Shown here: in pieces, positions 62,609 to 64,000 of the stretch
Numbering within the stretch: position 1 is the stretch's first letter
How the letters are laid out: each line of letters starts with the position of its first letter
Assembly (NCBI GenBank): GCA_030867685.1
Contig: JAQOWU010000003.1
Location: forward strand, 1,302,001-1,366,000
Source: Wickerhamiella versatilis
Lineage: Eukaryota
Direction: 5' to 3'
Length of the DNA stretch: 64,000 nt
Program-made: the position numbers and the translations under genes
Notes under the pieces: model-generated
Database searches by the model: none
What the model was told of the DNA's origin: nothing
The model's input: the letters and a program-made list of their open reading frames with translations, nothing else

Positions 62609-63849
62609 GTCTCCTCATTCGACAACGGTGGAAGCCATTCACAAAGAAATGCTGTGTCGCCAGCATCTGGAAGCAATAAAATATGATATCCTCTTGCTGG
62701 TTTCAGATTCCTTTGACTGGGCGGCTAGATACCTTTTGTCAACTGCTTTAGCAGATTAGAGGTTTCACTCAGATCTTGGATACACACAAGGAAATCCATC
62801 AATCAAAAGTGTCAATTGGATATCTTTGGTTCATTGCTGACTCCAGTTCATTCTGAACATTGTGCAGGGAAGACACATTGATATTAAGAGATTCTGACAA
62901 TATGAAGAAAACATTGCTCAAAGCACTCTCGAAGTTTCCTGTGAAGTCTTGAATTCGGCTGAAAGGTTACTTTTTTTTCTATTAGCAGATTTTCCATTTA
63001 TCTTTTGCCTTCTTTGGTCGTAGCAACGAACCAAATATATCTCAAATGGTATTCTCCTCAAAAAAACAAGAAAGAGATACGTCTATTGTATGCCAAGTAT
63101 ATCTGAATCTGCTGTATCTCCTCACTCCGACAAATGGTGGAAAGCCATCCACAAAGAAATCCTATCGCCAGTATCCGGAAACAACATATGTGATCCTTTT
63201 GCTGGTTTCAGGGTTTCTTTGACCGGGCGGTAGGATACCTTTTGTCAACTGCTTCAGCAGAGTAGAGGTTTGGCCCAGATTTTGAATACACACAGGAATT
63301 TGGCTATCTCACACTAAATGTGGTATTCAAAAGAATCATCGAAATAATCATTATTTCAAAAAATGTCAATTGAATATGTCTGGTTGTCGAAAAGTCAGAC
63401 CCACTCGACGGAGGTATATGCATGTATACTGAGAGTTACTGGCCATATGGAGACAAAATCACTCGATATCTTCTCAAAGCTTTCCATAAAGCGTCTGAGT
63501 TTGATAAAAAGATTGAATTTTGTATCTCCATTTACAGGAATCTCTTATCCTTTACCTTCTTTGGTTGTGGCGGCAAATCAGACATATGTTTCAAATGGCG
63601 TTATATTCAAGAGAACCATTAAGGACAAGAGTCCTATCAGAACTCTGTCGTATATCCGAAACATTTGATGAAATTCATCCACTGTATCTCTTCGCATATT
63701 CACAAGGAAACCCTACGCTACTCGTATTCAGAAGAAACTGATATAATCGTACTGATATCAGGAATTCTTTTTGATGAGATTGCGATATGTTCTCTGTTGA
63801 CTGCTCCGAGATAGCAGACCATTTCTCAAAGATACGGAGAAGCCACCAC

Positions 63850-64000
63850 CTTGCAACAAAAAATTAACAAAAACCAATCAAAAGAATATCAACTAAAACA
63901 ATGAACAAAAATTCAACCAAGAACAATCAAAAAAATATCAATCAAAAGCAATCAAAAATGTTAATCAAGAACAATCATGTCAATCAAGAACAATCAAAAT
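63850..64000. repeat. Third A/C-rich minisatellite tract (truncated by window end)
   Basis: Same units, preceded by the same CACCTTGCA entry sequence as the other two tracts. Confidence 0.88.

Larger units (their letters stand above)
59050..64000 (+). pseudogene. Disrupted, repeat-expanded paralog of the 513-aa orphan gene; runs off the window
   Basis: Ordered protein-level matches to the orphan across frameshifts/stops: [77 protein letters not shown]. Confidence 0.7.
59545..64000. repeat. Higher-order tandem array: ~480-510-bp monomers in dimers plus A/C-rich spacers (period ~1.25-1.5 kb)
   Basis: Anchor GAAAGCCATCCACAAAGA at ~59895, 60403, 61390, 61866, 62631, 63140 (spacings 508, 987, 476, 765, 509). 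Partial diverged monomer at ~59545-59890 and a diverged copy near 63690. Confidence 0.93.

Noticed and set aside
59780-63570. TAG/TGA/TGG variation at one monomer position (LWL*), suggesting A-to-I stop-codon editing
   Set aside because: That codon is not in the orphan-homologous frame (LPSLAVAT), so the stops are incidental.
59400-63700. Decayed Ty1/copia pol: SPHSDKWWKAIHKEILS..NNT, LTGR, RGFTQ and EFGQRV resemble RT/integrase motifs, and CAGGTATGACC at 58944 resembles a Ty5-type PBS
   Set aside because: Spacings would need several large deletions and no YVDD or RNase H motif is present. The same DNA aligns in order and with the right length to the 513-aa orphan, including promoter and N-terminus. 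An RVT_2/rve HMM search would settle it.
59545-64000. CRISPR-like repeat-spacer array
   Set aside because: Eukaryotic context; units are ~500-bp homologous monomers with no unique spacers and no cas genes.

Overview
Gene-dense, apparently intron-free budding-yeast (Saccharomycotina) chromosome segment. The compact intergenic spaces and shortened proteins suggest an early-diverging lineage such as the Wickerhamiella/Starmerella group (inference only). About 35 housekeeping genes are recognisable from 1 to 58 kb (AGC1, UBP15, SGD1, CAB4, LPD1, RSC1/2, SEC53, ERV46, RPL29/8/10, QCR6, VPS41, NAP1, DUG2, HUL5, TIM10, CYT2 and others). Three things are not explained by that annotation. (1) An orphan 513-aa multi-transmembrane gene (31927-33468): its CDS end and 3' flank fold into one ~730-nt bulged, rod-like + strand RNA hairpin that encloses the stop codon. 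(2) The right end (58.8-64 kb) is a disrupted paralog of that orphan. It has the same core promoter and recognisable N-terminal motifs, and one ~500-bp (~170-codon) internal segment is tandemly amplified at least 7 times into a higher-order array interrupted by A/C-rich minisatellites. (3) An ORF-free ~1.6-kb intergenic region (27.7-29.2 kb) contains nested + strand helices forming three arms, with a telomere-template-like AACCTAACC next to arm 1, making it a candidate telomerase RNA gene. All alignments and RNA pairings were made by eye and need computational confirmation.
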